Source of the DNA: Tubulanus polymorphus
Taxonomy: Eukaryota; Animalia; Nemertea
Reading direction: 5' to 3'
NCBI RefSeq assembly: GCF_964204645.1
Contig: NC_134032.1
Location: 13,938,275-14,002,274 of the forward strand
DNA length: 64,000 bases
Both the position numbers and the translations under genes were made by a program. Shown here one piece after another: positions 1 through 14,199 of the stretch. The first letter of the stretch is position 1. Each line of letters opens with the position of its first letter. The notes under the pieces are model-generated. The model saw only the letters and a program-made list of their open reading frames with translations. It was not told the DNA's origin and searched no databases.

Positions 1-29
1 TTCAAATCGTCTAAGATATCTATGCCTTA

Positions 30-390
30 TTTTCTTAGAAATTTTTTTTTCTTTTCTTACAATAATATATTTTTTCCTTTCTTACAATATATCTTTTCTT
101 TTCTTACAATAATATATTTTTTCTCTTCTTACAATAATATATTTTTTCTTTTCTTACAATAATATATTTTTTTTTTCTTACAATAATATATTTTTTCTTT
201 TCTTACAAAATATATTTATTCCTTTCTTACAATAATATATTTTTTTCCTTTCTTACAATTTATTTTTTCTTTTCTTACAATAATATATCTTTTCTTTTCT
301 TACAAAATATATTTATTCCTTTCTTACAATATTTCTTTTCTTTTCTTACAATAATAATATATTTTTTCTTTTCTTACAAAATATATTTTT
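30..390. repeat. AT-rich degenerate tandem repeat (ttttcttacaataatatat core)
   Basis: About 12 imperfect ~30-bp units. Confidence 0.85.
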
Positions 391-879
391 TCGATAATTC
401 AAGCTTTAATGTAATGTTTTAGGTTTCTCAAAATATGTTTTATGCTTAACATATCTCTCTTCATGTTTTCTACAATTTATTTTCTAATCATCTAAAATAT
501 CAATCCAAGTTTATTTTCAAATACAAATATTTTTCAACCACTAAAATCCTGAAGTCGTAGTCGTAGTTGTCGTTGCTGAAGTTGTCGTCATCGTCGATGA
601 AGTGTTTACGAATTTTAAAACGAGTCTAATTACGCGAAGTAACCAAACGTAGTAACGAATGAACGAACGAACGAGGCGATTCAGCTCCTTTAACTCCTTC
701 CACTACCCGATTACACAATGTACACTATTTCAACCAAATTTTTCTTTCTGGAAAATATCTCGAAATCGCAAGCGAGATGGAACGCTAGCGAGTAATTTGT
801 GCACTGGAACGTTTGTGATTCGACCTGTTTCGTTATTACTCGCGATCGTGACGTATTGGACTATATACGACAGCCCTAT

Positions 880-1085
880 GACAGATAGCGGGTTACTGGA
901 TCCATGATGGATAGCGAGTTACTGGATCCACCACAGATAGCGGGTTTCTGGATCCACCACAGATAGCGGGTTTCTGGATCCACGACAGATAGCGGGTTTC
1001 TGGATCCACGACAGATAGCGGGTTACTGGATCCACCACAGATAGCGGGTTACTGGATCCATGACAGATAGCGGGTTACTGGATCC
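880..1085. repeat. 26-bp minisatellite x8
   Basis: Unit acagatagcgggttactggatccacc. Confidence 0.9.
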
Positions 1086-1247
1086 TTGGTGTCTCAACTC
1101 AGTTCGTCTTGTTTGTTTGTTACTGATGAACATGACGTATTGTATCATATAAGCCTTTTCGCTGTGGGTATCATTCAACTTTCATACTCGATATCGCATT
1201 GTATGAGACGGTCCCGTAAGACTGGATAGCAGGTGACTCTCACGCAT

Positions 1248-1688
1248 TTATATCAGATAGTCTATTGACTGATAACAGCAAACTCTATCATCAATGTTTC
1301 GATAGATTGAATTGTTTCCATATGTTACTTTACATCGCAAAATTGATGTATTGTAATCACATTGGTTTGGTATATTTTTTTCTGAATGCGATTTTCCACA
1401 CTGTTCGGCACATCCTGCTTTACGGTTCATATCATTACAACAGCAAAATGTAGACACTGAAAAACAACAAAATAATCAAAATATAAATTTCAATCAGAGA
1501 TAGATTTCAATCCGATCAAAATATTACAAAGCTACTAATTCGAATACAAAAGGAATTAAGAGAAAGTAATATTTACCTGATTTGCTTGAGTTATTTGTCC
1601 AGTTGACCGTAGATTTGAATTGATCACAGAGCAAGTTGACAGTTACTAATATATGCGCGGTGTCGACTTTGCGCTTAGACTGTCCCAT
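1248..1688 (-). CDS. Possible two-exon 106-aa Cys-rich ORF in duplicated exon modules
   Basis: 1688-1577 (MGQSKRK...NSSKS) joins 1456-1248 (VSTFCCCNDMNRK...YLI*) in phase 1 across a GT-AG intron at 1457-1576. No recognisable domain. Confidence 0.25.
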
Positions 1689-1858
1689 ATCATAACAGCA
1701 GCAAATTGTAGAAACTGAAAAACAACAAAATAATCAAAACATAAATATAGATTTCAATCCAATCAAAATGTTACAAATCTATAAAGTAATTCGAATACAA
1801 GGAATTATGAGAAAGAAATATTTACCTGATTTGCTTGAGTTGTTTGTCCAGTTGATGG

Positions 1859-1986
1859 AACTGATAGCGATACTGTCCACGAGACGAAACTGATAGCGAT
1901 ACCATCCACGAGACGCAGCTGATAGCGATACTGTCCACGAGATGCAACTGATAGCGATACTGTCCACGAGATGCAACTGATAGCAA
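1859..1986. repeat. 29-bp minisatellite, ~4 copies
   Basis: Unit aactgatagcgatactgtccacgagacgc. Confidence 0.9.
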
Positions 1987-3664
1987 TATAGTGGATTTTG
2001 ATTGATCAGATTTGTTCACACTGTACGACGTTGTTTTTGCGAAGCAGTGTTTTCCGGTTCATATCAACAACAGCAAATTGGAGAAACTGAAATGATAAAA
2101 CAAAATATAAATACAGATTTCAAACACATCAAAATATTACACAAAACTACAAATTTTAAAGTGAGAAGTGATGAGAATAAGATAATTACCTGATTTGCTT
2201 GAGTTGTTTGCCCAGTTGACCGTTGAATGTTGGTGGAGTAATAAGACTGAATGACTCCAAGATAGAGTTGACATTAGATCTGACCATTGAGTCGACATTC
2301 AGCTGAGAGTAGCATTGACCACAGTTTGAGTTGACAGTACTGAGTTGATCGCAGTGTTAGATGACCACCGCCAATGACAGTAAATGATAGCAGAGCCAGT
2401 TTATCACGCGGTGAGTTGACAGTACATTCAGTTGACTAACGCGCGTTGACTGTAAATGATAGTAGAGCCAGTCGATCACGTGGTGAGTTGACATTAGGTT
2501 CAGTTGACCACCGCGCGTTGACGGTAAATGATAGCGGAGCGAGTCGATCACGCAGTGAGTTGACATAAGGTTCAGTTGACTACCGCGCGTTGACGGTAAA
2601 TGATAGTAGAGCTAGTCGATCGCGCTGTGAGTTGACGAGTAAGTTGACCACTGAACGTGTGGTCATAGAGTGGATGTTGTATCAGGAGTTAACGGAGCCA
2701 ATTAGTTGTTACTATGGTTACTATTGTTGTCCATCGTTGCCATTCCCGTTGTTGTCGTCATCGTCGTTGTTGATTTACAATATATTTTTTTTTCTTACAT
2801 AATTTTTTTTCTTTCATTACACAAACGTTTTTTTTCTTGTTCGAACCCGAGTCGACTGAAATGTCGAACAATAAATAATCGTATCACATCGAGATTTTTC
2901 ATAATTGATTTTGATGAAGTCACATGAGACTTGAAATAATGTTTACAGGTTCGGTCCCTGAAGATACACATTATTTCTACTAAACTGAAAAGTGTTAAAG
3001 ATTTTATCATTTCTAAACACTTCGGGTTCTTTTGAACCGAGCATCAAATGCAAAACATGGAAACTAAAACATACATGATTCCATGAATAAGAAACTCCTT
3101 TTAGGATTTTACTTTGATGACAATAAATTTCACAAAAACTTCCCAACAAATTTTCCAAAGTTGAGAAGTTCGATATCAGGTTCCGTTTATGAAGTTATGA
3201 ATAAGACATAACTTCATAACTGTTGTAGTTTTCGCTGAAAATGAAAGTATTTGATACCAAAAATAGCAGATTTTGATATCACACACAACTTGGTAATTTT
3301 ATAGTGACAGGTTCGGTCCCTGTAAGCAGAGAAATGTTTGAGATTTCTCCTTAAAAATTTTGTACTTGTTCAAAACCAGCATCGAATACAAAACATGGAA
3401 ACTAAAAAGAAATTCCAACAGGAAAATCCTTTGAGTTTCAATAATTTGATGACGATATGCCAAATTTCAGAAGTTCATTCAATATCAGGTCTAGTTCATG
3501 AAAATCTATGAATAAGACTTAACCTGATACTGTAGTCATTTTTTTGCTAAAAATGAAAGTAATTTGACGTTAAAAAATGGCAATTTAATCAAAAATGATG
3601 AAGAAATTATCCAGATTTAGAGAGCATTTTGACTGTTGCTCAACGTTGTTTAAAGTTCACCATC

Positions 3665-3727
3665 TGGCTCATTGGTAAGAGTAAACCAGATATAATAATC
3701 TGTGCAGTTTCAGGTTCGATTCCTGAT
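3665..3727 (+). repeat. tRNA-derived fragment (SINE head or tRNA pseudogene)
   Basis: A-box TGGCTCATTGG and B-box GGTTCGATTCC at tRNA-like spacing; no intact cloverleaf. Confidence 0.4.
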
Positions 3728-4553
3728 AACAATTTCTGAAATTGGAAAAATTTCACAATTGTGTTTCCAACGTAGACACGAGATTTTATTCACGTGTTTC
3801 ACTTGAGCTTTTCATTTCAATAAAAATAGGATTCTATTCAGGTAAAATTCCCGAATAATGAATGCCTCAAAATAATTTGGTCGTTTTTCAAAAGGCAATT
3901 CATTGGAAATCATAGAAGCTTCCTTTGTTAAGTTCAGCTTCTTGAGTTCGAAGACTCAAATCTTTCAACTAGAATTAGTAATTAGTACATTGCTTACGCA
4001 TGATTTAACTTTTTGTGTTAAATCTGAACTCAGAACCCTATAGAACTGCGTCCTGCCGTTTAGTAATACATCATTATCATCCAGAATGATTTATCCACAG
4101 GTTCAAATCCTGTTGGCAAGAAAATTGAATTAGGCAAATAACTGAGATTCCATATTTAAATTCTGAAGGAAATGATAGTTTCATGGATCATGGATCAATT
4201 TGGTCTCGATTTCAAAGATTTGATAGACAATTTTGATATTTCAATAATGAACATTTGATCTCAATTTCATAGGATTGAGACGCACATTTGATCATTTTGG
4301 TCTCAATTTCACAGATTTGATATCCAAAATTCTTTGAGTATCAATTTCTCTTGAGTATCGACTTTGCGCTTCGACTGTCCCATATCATAACAGCAGCAAA
4401 TTGTAGAAACTGAAAAACAACAAAATAATCAAAACATAAATATAGATTTCAATCCAATCAAAATGTTACAAATCTATAAAGTAATTCGAATACAAGGAAT
4501 TATGAGAAAGAAATATTTACCTGATTTGCTTGAGTTGTTTGTCCAGTTGATGG

Positions 4554-5640
4554 AATTGATAGCGATACCGTCCACGAGACGCAACTGATAGCGATACTGT
4601 CCACGAGACACAACGGATAGCGGCACTGTCCACGAGACGCAACTGATAGCGATACTGTCCACGAGACGCAACTGATAGCATTACTGTCCACGAGACACAA
4701 CGGATAGCGGCACTGTCCACGAGACGCAACTGATAGCGATACTGTCCACCAGACGCAACTGATAGCGATACTGTCCACGAGACGCAACTGATAGCGATAC
4801 TGTCCACGAGACGCAACTGATAGCGATACTGTCCACGAGACGCAAAGGATAGCGATTCTGTCCACGAGACACAACGGATAGCGGCACTGTCCACGAGATG
4901 CAGCTGATAGCAATACCGTCCACGAGACGCAACTGATAGCAATACCGTCCACGAGATGCAACTGATAGCGATACTGTCAACGAGACGCAACTGATAGTGA
5001 TACTGTCAACGAGACGCAACTGATAGCGATACTGTCAACGAGACGCAACTGATAGCGATACCGTCCACGAGACGCAACTGATAGCGATACTGTCCACGAG
5101 ATCGAACTGATAGCGATACTGTCCACGAGACGCAACTGATAGCGATACGGTCCACGAGACGCAGCTGATAGCGATACCGTCCACGAGACGCAGCTGATAG
5201 CGATACCGTCCACGAGACACAACTGATAGCGATACTGTCCACGAGATCGAACTGATAGCGATACTGTCCACGAGACAAAACTGATCGCGATACCGTCCAC
5301 GAGATGCAACTGATAGCGATACTGTCAACGAGACGCAACTGATAGCGATACTGTCAACGAGACGCAACTGATAGTGATACTGTCAACGAGACACAACTGA
5401 TAGCGATACTGTCAACGAGACGCAACTGATAGCGATACCGTCCACGAGACGCAACTGATAGCGATACTGTCCACGAGACGCAACTGATAGCGGCACTGTC
5501 CACGAGACGGCAACTGATAGCGATACCGTCCACGAGATCGAACTGATAGCGATACTGTCCACGAGACGCAACTTATAGCGATACTGTCCACGAGATGCAA
5601 CTGATAGCGATACTGTCCACGAGACGCAACTGATAGCAAT
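4554..5640. repeat. 29-bp minisatellite, ~37 copies
   Basis: Same unit and same flanks as the 1859 array. Confidence 0.95.
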
Positions 5641-7507
5641 ATAGTGGATTTTGATTGATCAGATTTGTTCACACTGTACGACGTTGTTTTTGCGAAGCAG
5701 TGTTTTCCGGTTCATATCAACAACAGCAAATTGGAGAAACTGAAATGATAAAACTAAATATAAATACAGATTTCAAACACATCAAAATATTACACAAAAC
5801 TACAAATTTTAAAGTGAGAAGTGATGAGAATAAGATAATTACCTGATTTGCTTGAGTTGTTTGCCCAGTTGACCGTTGAATGTTGGTGGAGTAATAAGAC
5901 TGAATGACTCCAAGATAGAGTTGACATTAGATCTGACCATTGAGTCGACATTTAGCTGAGAGTAGCGTTGATCGCAGTTTGAGTTGACAGTACTGAGTTG
6001 ATCGCAGGGTTAGATGACCACTGCGCGTTGACGGTAAATGATAGTAGAGCCAATCGATTGCGTGGTGAGTTGACAGTAGATTCAGTTGACTACCGCGCGT
6101 TGACGGTAAATGATAGCAGAGCCAGTTTATCACGCGGTGAGTTGACATTAGGTTCAGTTGACCACCGCGCGTTGACGGTAAATGATAGCGGAGCGAGTCG
6201 ATCGCGTGGTGAGTTGACAGTAGATTCAGTTGACTACCGCGCGTTGACAGTAAATGATAGCAGTGCCAGTCGATCGCTACTTTAATCAAAACGTAAACGA
6301 TCATAAGCGGAATATCGCGATGGTAGCGGATCCGGGTTCGACGGCGACGACGAATCGAGACAAGTAAAAGGATGGTCCGGGTAAAGCCTTTTACGAAACA
6401 TGATCGAACAAAAACCATTTATGATTACAATAAAGCTCCACTGCGGCATAAAAATCCCTCAACTAACCCGTGGTATATCCCTGAACCAAATAAACAAGAA
6501 TCCTATATTGGGCGGGTAAAATGTGATAATATGAGAGGAACAAGTTTATCGCGATATCAATATTAAAAAGTTAACAGGGTAAAACATTTCTTCACAGGAA
6601 TGTTTTCATGTACAGTAAAAATATCAAGGTTACGCCCTCAGTTACAACTGATCTAAACATTAAGTCAGTTTGTATTATTGAATCTATTTACGTAAGATGG
6701 CAATTATACTGCGTAATGAAATCTGGTTTCAGTAAAAACCGGCGAAGGAATCTTCAGATAGATCGAAGGCAAAAAAATCTCAATGAAATCTGGTTTCAGT
6801 AAAAACTGTAAACCTTCAGCAATCTATTTCATCGCAAAATATCAGAGTACAGCAACACTCTGCATTCAACATTAGATCAGATTTTAAAACTTTTTACATA
6901 AGATGGCAGTTAAACTGCGTAATCAAATATGGTTTCAGGAAAACCGTAAACCTTTAGCAATCTATTTCATTGTGAAATAGATGAAAATATATATAGTTGA
7001 CCTCATCATCACATTGTTATAACGGGTGGGTGGGGCCCCCCAAAACATATTGAAGTCCAAGGGCCCCCAACTAGATCTAATTGCCAAGCCACATAAAGAT
7101 CAGTAATAATATATATACAAAGACCATCAACGGTCCACAGTTAAAGTGTCGCAACACTGCAACACATATTCGGATGATAATAATTATCATCATTATCCCG
7201 AGGCTCACGCCAAGTTATCGAGTTCAAAAAAGTGACTTGGCAATGTACCGCAGCGGAGAAAAAATCGATAAAAAACATCCCGGGACCCACCAAAAAAATA
7301 AAAGGGTACTTACTGGCAAAAGCAGACGCATACAGTCGACAGAGGCTCAGATCACAGCGCCACAGCATAAACCGTGGAACAGCGCAGAAGCAGTGAAGCA
7401 CGGACAGAGGAGAGCATGGAAGAGGCGAAGGTATCTTCAGATAGATCGAAGGCAAAAAAAGGGTAACCAGCAGCAAAACACACGTAGTCAACTAATTTGA
7501 CCTACGA

Positions 7508-8275
7508 AATAACGAATGAGTAGTCATATACTTGAACTAACGAATGAGTAGTCATATACTTGAACTAAGGAATGAGTAGTCATATACTTGAACTAACGAA
7601 TGAGTAGTCATATACCTGAACTAACGAATGAGTAGTCATATACTTGAACTAACGAATGAGTAGTCATATACCTGAACTAAGGAATGAGTAGTCATATACT
7701 TGAACTAACGAATGAGTAGTCATATACCTGAACTAACGAATGAGTAGTCATATACTTGAACTAACGAATGAGTAGTCATATACCTGAACTAAGGAATGAG
7801 TAGTCATATACTTGAACTAACGAATGAGTAGTCATATACCTGAACTAACGAATGAGTAGTCATATACTTGAACTAACGAATGAGTAGTCATATACCTGAA
7901 CTAAGGAATGAGTAGTCATATACTTGAACTAACGAATGAGTAGTCATATACCTGAACTAACGAATGAGTAGTCATATACTTGAACTAACGAATGAGTAGT
8001 CGTATACTTGAACTAACGAATGAGTAGTCATATACTTGAACTAACGAATGAGTAGTCATATACTTGAACTAACGAATGAGTAGTCATATACTTGAACTAA
8101 CGAATGAGTAGTCGTATACTTGAACTAACAAATGAGTAGTCGTATACTTGAACTAACGAATGAGTAGTCGTATACCTGAACTAACGAATGAGTAGTCGTA
8201 TACTTGAACTAACGAATGAGTAGTCATATACTTGAACTAACGAATGAGTAGTCATACTCTTTGAACTAACGAACA
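7508..8275. repeat. 28-bp minisatellite, ~27 copies
   Basis: Unit aactaacgaatgagtagtcatatacttg. Confidence 0.95.
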
Positions 8276-8509
8276 CACTTAGTTTTACATCCAAGATAAA
8301 AGCTTGGTTTAGTTGTAGTGAGTATGTTGTAAACATACTTACATCAAAAATATTGAAAATATTCCTGGATAAGATGCAGAAAGCGAGTGCAACTTCATAC
8401 ATAGAGAAAGGCTAATGCCTGAACTTTTAACTTGAATAACTGCATCGTACTGTAAACTCATTAAGAATTACTACCAATTAATGAAACGAATATCTCGGCA
8501 TTTTTATAT

Positions 8510-11500
8510 ATAGGGGTTATAGTTTATCTTACCCCAAAGTGAAGAAATGATTCTTGTGGAGCTTATCTTACTCCAAAGAGAAGATCCATGTATTACTAAA
8601 TAAATAGGGGTTATATTCATCTTACCTCAAAGTAAAAGATTCTTACAGGAGCAGCTTGTCTTGTATTACTTATGTTATATTTATCTTACCCGTAGGAAAA
8701 ATGAGATTCTAACAGGGGTGGCTTATCTTACCCCATAGTGAAATGATTCTGACAGGAGTAGCTCATCTTACCCCAAAGTGAAGATTCATGTATTACTAAA
8801 TAAATAGGGGTTATATTCATCTTACCCCAAAGTAAAAGATTCTTACAGGGGTAGCTCATCTTACCCCAAAGTGAAGATTCGTGTATTACTAAATAAATAG
8901 GGGTTATATTCATCTTACCCCAAAGTAAAAGATTCTTACAGGGGTAGTTTATCTGACCCCAAAGAGAAGATCCATGTATTACTAAATAAAAAGGGGTTAT
9001 ATTTATCTTACCCTAAAGGTAAAAGATTCTTACAGGGGTAGTTTATCTTACCCCAAAGTAAAAGATTCTTACAGGGGTAGCTTATATCTTACCCCAAAAA
9101 GAAGATTGGGGTTTGAACTCAATGACTGAGCTCAAACTAGTAAGCCATCCCTCTCCTCAAGGATAGCTATGCTATATCATAACATACACCAAGCTTATCT
9201 TACACCAAAGTGAAACCTTTTTACAGGGGTTGTAGCCTTATCTTACCCCAAAGTGAAGAAAAGATTCTGACAAGTTTTTCTTTTATTACTAATGTTATAT
9301 TTATCTTACCCGTAGGAGAAATGAGATTCTAGGAGTAGTTTACCCCTAAGTGATATGATTCTTACAGGGGTAGCTTATCTTACCCCAAAGATTCTCACAG
9401 GGGAAGTATGTCTTACCCCAAAGAAAAGATTGTTTGGGGTTTGAACTCATCTAGTTAGCCATACCTTTCCTCAAGGGTACTTAACATACATCAAGCTTAT
9501 CTTACCCCAAGTGAAACATTTTTACAGGGGTTACATTTATCTTACCCCAAAGTAAAAATAGATTCTTACATGAACAGTTTATCTTTCCCCAAAAAGAAGA
9601 AAAGATTCATGTATTACTAAACAAGGGTTGTAGTTTATTTTACCCAAAAGGTAAAAAAACACTTTTACAGGACTATTTTATCTAGGTTAAAAGCATATAT
9701 CACCACAAAGTACAGATTCATGCCTTACTAAACAGGGGTTGTAGCTTATCTTACCCCAAAGTAATAAGATTCTTACAGGGGTAGCTTATCTCACCCCAAA
9801 AAGAAGATTGGGGTCTGAACTCACAGACTGAGCTCAAACTAGTAAGCCATCCCTCTCCTCAAGGATAGCTATATCATAACATACACCAAGCTTATCTTAC
9901 ACCAAAGTGAAACATTTTTACAGGGGTTACATTTATCTTACCCAAACGTAAAAAGTTTCTTGCAGGGGTAGTTTATCTTACCCCAAAAAGTAGATTCATG
10001 TATTTCTAAATAAACAGGGTTATAGCTTATCTTACCTCAAAGAGTAAACAGATTCTTACATGAACAGTTTATCTTTCCCCAAAAAGAAGAAAAGATTCAT
10101 GTATTACTAAACAAGGGTTGTAGTTTATTTTACCCAAAAGGTAAAAAAACACTTTTACAGGACTAGTTTATCTAGGTCAAAAGTGAAAAGTATATATCAC
10201 CACAAAGTACAGTTTCATGCCTTACTAAACAGGGTTTGTAGCTTAACCTACCCCAAAGTAATAAGATTCTTACAGGAGAAGGTTATCTTACCCCAAAAAG
10301 AAGATTGGGGTTTGAACTCACTGACTGAGCTCAAACTAGTAAGCCATCCCTCTCTTCAAGGAAAGCTATACATAACATACACCAAGCTTATTTATTCATT
10401 TATTAATTATCTATCTTACCCGTAGGAGAAAAGAGATTCTTACAGGGGTAGCTTATCTTACCCCAAAGATTCTCACAGGGGTAGTTTGTCTTACCCCAAA
10501 ATAAACAGATTCTTACAGGGGTAGCTTATCTTACCCCCAAAGAAAAGATTCACTGAATAAACAGGGTAGCTCATCTTACCCCAAAGTGAAGATTCGTGTA
10601 TTACTAAATAAATAGGGGTTATATTCATCTTACCCCAAAGTAAAAAAATTCTTACAGGGGTAGTTTATCTTACCCCAAAGTAATAAGATTCTTACAGGGG
10701 TAGCTTATATCTTACCCCAAAAAGAAGATTGGGGTTTGAACTCAATGACTGAGCTCAAACTAGTAAGCCATCCCTCTCCTCAAGGATAGCTATGCTATAT
10801 CATAACATACACCAAGCTTATCTTACACCAAAGTGAAACCTTTTTACAGGGGTTGTAGCGTTATCTTACCCCAAAGTGAAGAAAAGATTCTGACAAGTTT
10901 TTCTTTTATTACTAATGTTATATTTATCTTACCCGTAGGAGAAATGAGATTCTAGGAGTAGTTTACCCCTAAGTGATATGATTCTTACAGGGGTAGCTTA
11001 TCTTACCCCAAAGATTCTCACAGGGGAAGTATGTCTTACCCCAAAGAAAAGATTGTTTGGGGTTTGAACTCATCTAGTTAGCCATACCTCTCCTCAAGGG
11101 TACTTAACATACATCAAGCTTATCTTACCCCAAGTGAAACATTTTTACAGGGGTTACATTTATCTTACCCCAACGGAAAAATAGATTCTTACATGAACAG
11201 TTTATCTTACTCCAAAAAGAAGAAAAGATTCATGTATTACTAAACAAGGGTTGTAGTTTATTTTACCCAAAAGGTTAAAAAAAAACACTTTTACAGGACT
11301 AGTTTATCTAGGTTAAAAGCATATATCACCACAAAGTACATATTCATGCCTTACTAAACAGGGTTTGTAGCTTAACCTACCCCAAAGTAATAAGATTTTT
11401 TTACCGGGGTAGCTTATCTTACCCCAAAGAGAAGATTCACTGAATAAACAGGTTAGCTTATCTTACCCTAAAGTAAAAATAGATTCTCACATGAACAGTT

Positions 11501-12925
11501 TATCTTTCCCCAAAAAGAAGAAAAGATTCATGTATTACTAAACAAGGGTTGTAGTTTATTTTACCCAAAAGGTAAAAAAAAAACTTTTACAGGACTAGCT
11601 TATCTAGGTTAAAAGCATATATCACCACAAAGTACAGATTCATGCCTTACTAAACAGGGTTTGTAGCTTAACCTACCCCAAAATTATAAGATTCTTACAG
11701 GGGAAGCTTATCTCGCCCCAAAAAGAAGATTGGGGTTTGAACTCACTGACTGAGCTCAAACTAGTAAACCATCCCTCTCCTCAAGGATAGCTATACTTAA
11801 CATACACCAAGCTTATTTATTCATTTATTAATTATCTATCTTACCCGTAGGAGAAAAGAGATTCTTACAGGGGTAGCTTATCTTACCCCAAAGATTCTCA
11901 CAGGGGTAGTTTGTCTTACCCCAAAATAAATAGATTCTTACAGGGGTAGCTTATCTTACCCCCAAAGAAAAGATTCACTGAATAAACAGGGTAGCTACCC
12001 CAAAGAGAAGATTCACTGAATAAACATGGGTTGTAGCTTATCTACCCCAAAGATTCTGACAGGGGAAGTATGTCTTACCCCAAAGAGAAGATTGTTTGGG
12101 GTTTGAACTCATCTAGTTAGCCATACCTCTCCTCAAGGGTACTTAACATACATCAAGCTTATCTTACCCCAAGTGAAACATTTTTACAGGGGTTACATTT
12201 ATCTTACCCCAACGGAAAAAGTTTCTTGCAGGGGTAGTTTATCTTACCCCAAAGTAAGAATGGATTCTTACATGAACAGTTTATCTTTCCCCAAAAGGAA
12301 AAGATTCATGTATTAATAAAGGGTTGTAGTTTAAACACTTATACAGGACCATCTAGCTCAAAAGTGAAAAGCATATATCACCACAAAGAACAGATTCATG
12401 CATTACTAAACAGGGGTTGTAGCTTTTATCTTACTCTTACAGGCGCAGTATATTGATCTTTTACCCAAAAAGAAGATTCTTGTATCAATAAATAAACATG
12501 GGTATATCTTACCCAAAGAGATTCTAACAGGGGTAGTCACCCTAATAATAAAAAGATTCTAACAGGAGCAGTTTATCTTGCCCCAAAGTGAAAAATGTTT
12601 TTATAGGTAAAGCTTATCTTACTTCAAAGAAAGAATTCATGTACTACTAAATAAACAGGGGTAGCTTATCTTACCCTAAAGAGAAGAGGGGTAGTTTATC
12701 TAATCCAAAGTGGAAATATTTTTACAGGTGCAGTTTATCTAGGTCAAAAGTGAAAAGCTTATATTACCACAAAGTACAGATTCATGTATTGCTAAACAGG
12801 GGTTGATAGCTTAAATCTTACCCCAAAGTGATTCCAACAGGTGCAGTTTATCTTACTTCAAAAAGAAGATTCTTGTATTACTAAACTGGGGCGGTATTCA
12901 ACTTATCCCAAAGTGAAAAAAGATT
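8510..12925. repeat. Complex 4.4-kb satellite with higher-order duplications
   Basis: Core gattcttacaggggtagcttatcttaccccaaag; block ~9060-9760 recurs ~1.62 kb downstream. Confidence 0.9.
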
Positions 12926-14199
12926 CGTATGATAATAACCGAAGCATCATTAACCGGGTATTGATACAAAAATAAGTGTTAGATACGCATATTCTCAAAT
13001 TATAGACACCACACAAAAACCATAAGATTCTACTGCATTTGAATCGAACTATAACGTTGTCCGCCCTTCGCGGAGGAAATAGTAAAGGGCGCAGAATTCA
13101 TACAGAAAACCATAGTTTCAACGACAGTCTTAATAACGAACCAGCTAAATTCTGGGAAGTAAAACCCATTTGGAAATATGGTTATGAACGTCCATTTCAA
13201 TCGTAATCTAATTTTGCTAGATTTTAATCTAAGTTTGCTCCGAATTGGTAATGAACGTCTCCATTTCAATTCTAATGAAATAAATAATTTTGCAAAATTA
13301 TCGAAGTCTAATTATACTTTTTCTTCCTAAGTTATAATATGGCTGCCTCCTCTTTAGGCTTTGTTTTAACTGATTATCGCGCTCTCAACTTCCGCGCGTT
13401 GAATGACAGAAGAAACTAAGCTATTTGTAACACAGCCAAGACGACTCAATGGTTACCGGGAAGAGCCCAGACACACTTCTCTATTCCCTAATAAAAATCT
13501 GGGTGCGGGTAACAAAGTTATTATAGGAAAAGACTTAACTTCGTTCTACTTTTGAGCAACTGGTTGTACTCAATCGCAGTCATATCCGTCGATGCGCGCG
13601 CTCTGGATCTCGACGATCGACACGCGCCATGCAGTTGCTGCAACTGACCGGTTGTAACTAGATTTCGATGTGCGCGGGGTAATCGTTCGGTAGCAACTAG
13701 TTGTCTCCAATCGCAGTGTCGATGTGCCCTAGGCTTAATAAAAATTTGAGTGCGGGTAACAAAGTTGTTATAGGAAAAGGCCAGCAGACTTAAAATTGGC
13801 CGACCTGAAGGAAAGAATTCTCAATGTCACCAATTGATGCAGATCTCTAGATAAACGAATGCGCACATCCTGTCGTGCTGAACGATAAATTTCTCAGCTA
13901 TATGATATTTTATATCATTTTATAACTCATTTCTATATTTTCAACTATATTTTCATTTTAGGTTCTATATAAGTCGAAGAATCGTTGATCGTCATTTAAG
14001 ATCCGCGCGATCAAAGAATGTCATTTCAGGTGTAGAAATGAAAAAGCGTGCCGCCATGTGCATGAAGAGGTTTAAACATCGACACATGAAAGTTAAGGCA
14101 ATTTACAGCAAAAGTATGAAATATATAACTTTTACGAATCATAGAAGGAAACGAACAGCTGTACCAGCTGCCCCGTACCTGCACCAGCTGCAATGCAGG

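Larger units (their letters stand above)
1457..6285 (-). other. Tandemly duplicated exon-intron modules of a second spliced locus
   Basis: Repeated donor AAGCAAATCAG|gtaa and acceptor tttcag|TTTCT(A/C)CAATTTGCTG. Introns at 1457-1576, 1715-1825 and 2087-2189; exons at 1577-1714, 1826-2086 and 4521-5739. Block ~1660-2620 is duplicated at ~4355-6280. Confidence 0.6.

Noticed and set aside
4474-5672. Many overlapping minus-strand ORFs as separate genes
   Set aside because: All arise from the 29-bp array, use non-ATG starts and are broken by stop variants.
13030-13269. 79-aa minus-strand ORF as a gene
   Set aside because: TTG start, no recognisable domain and no supporting partner exons.
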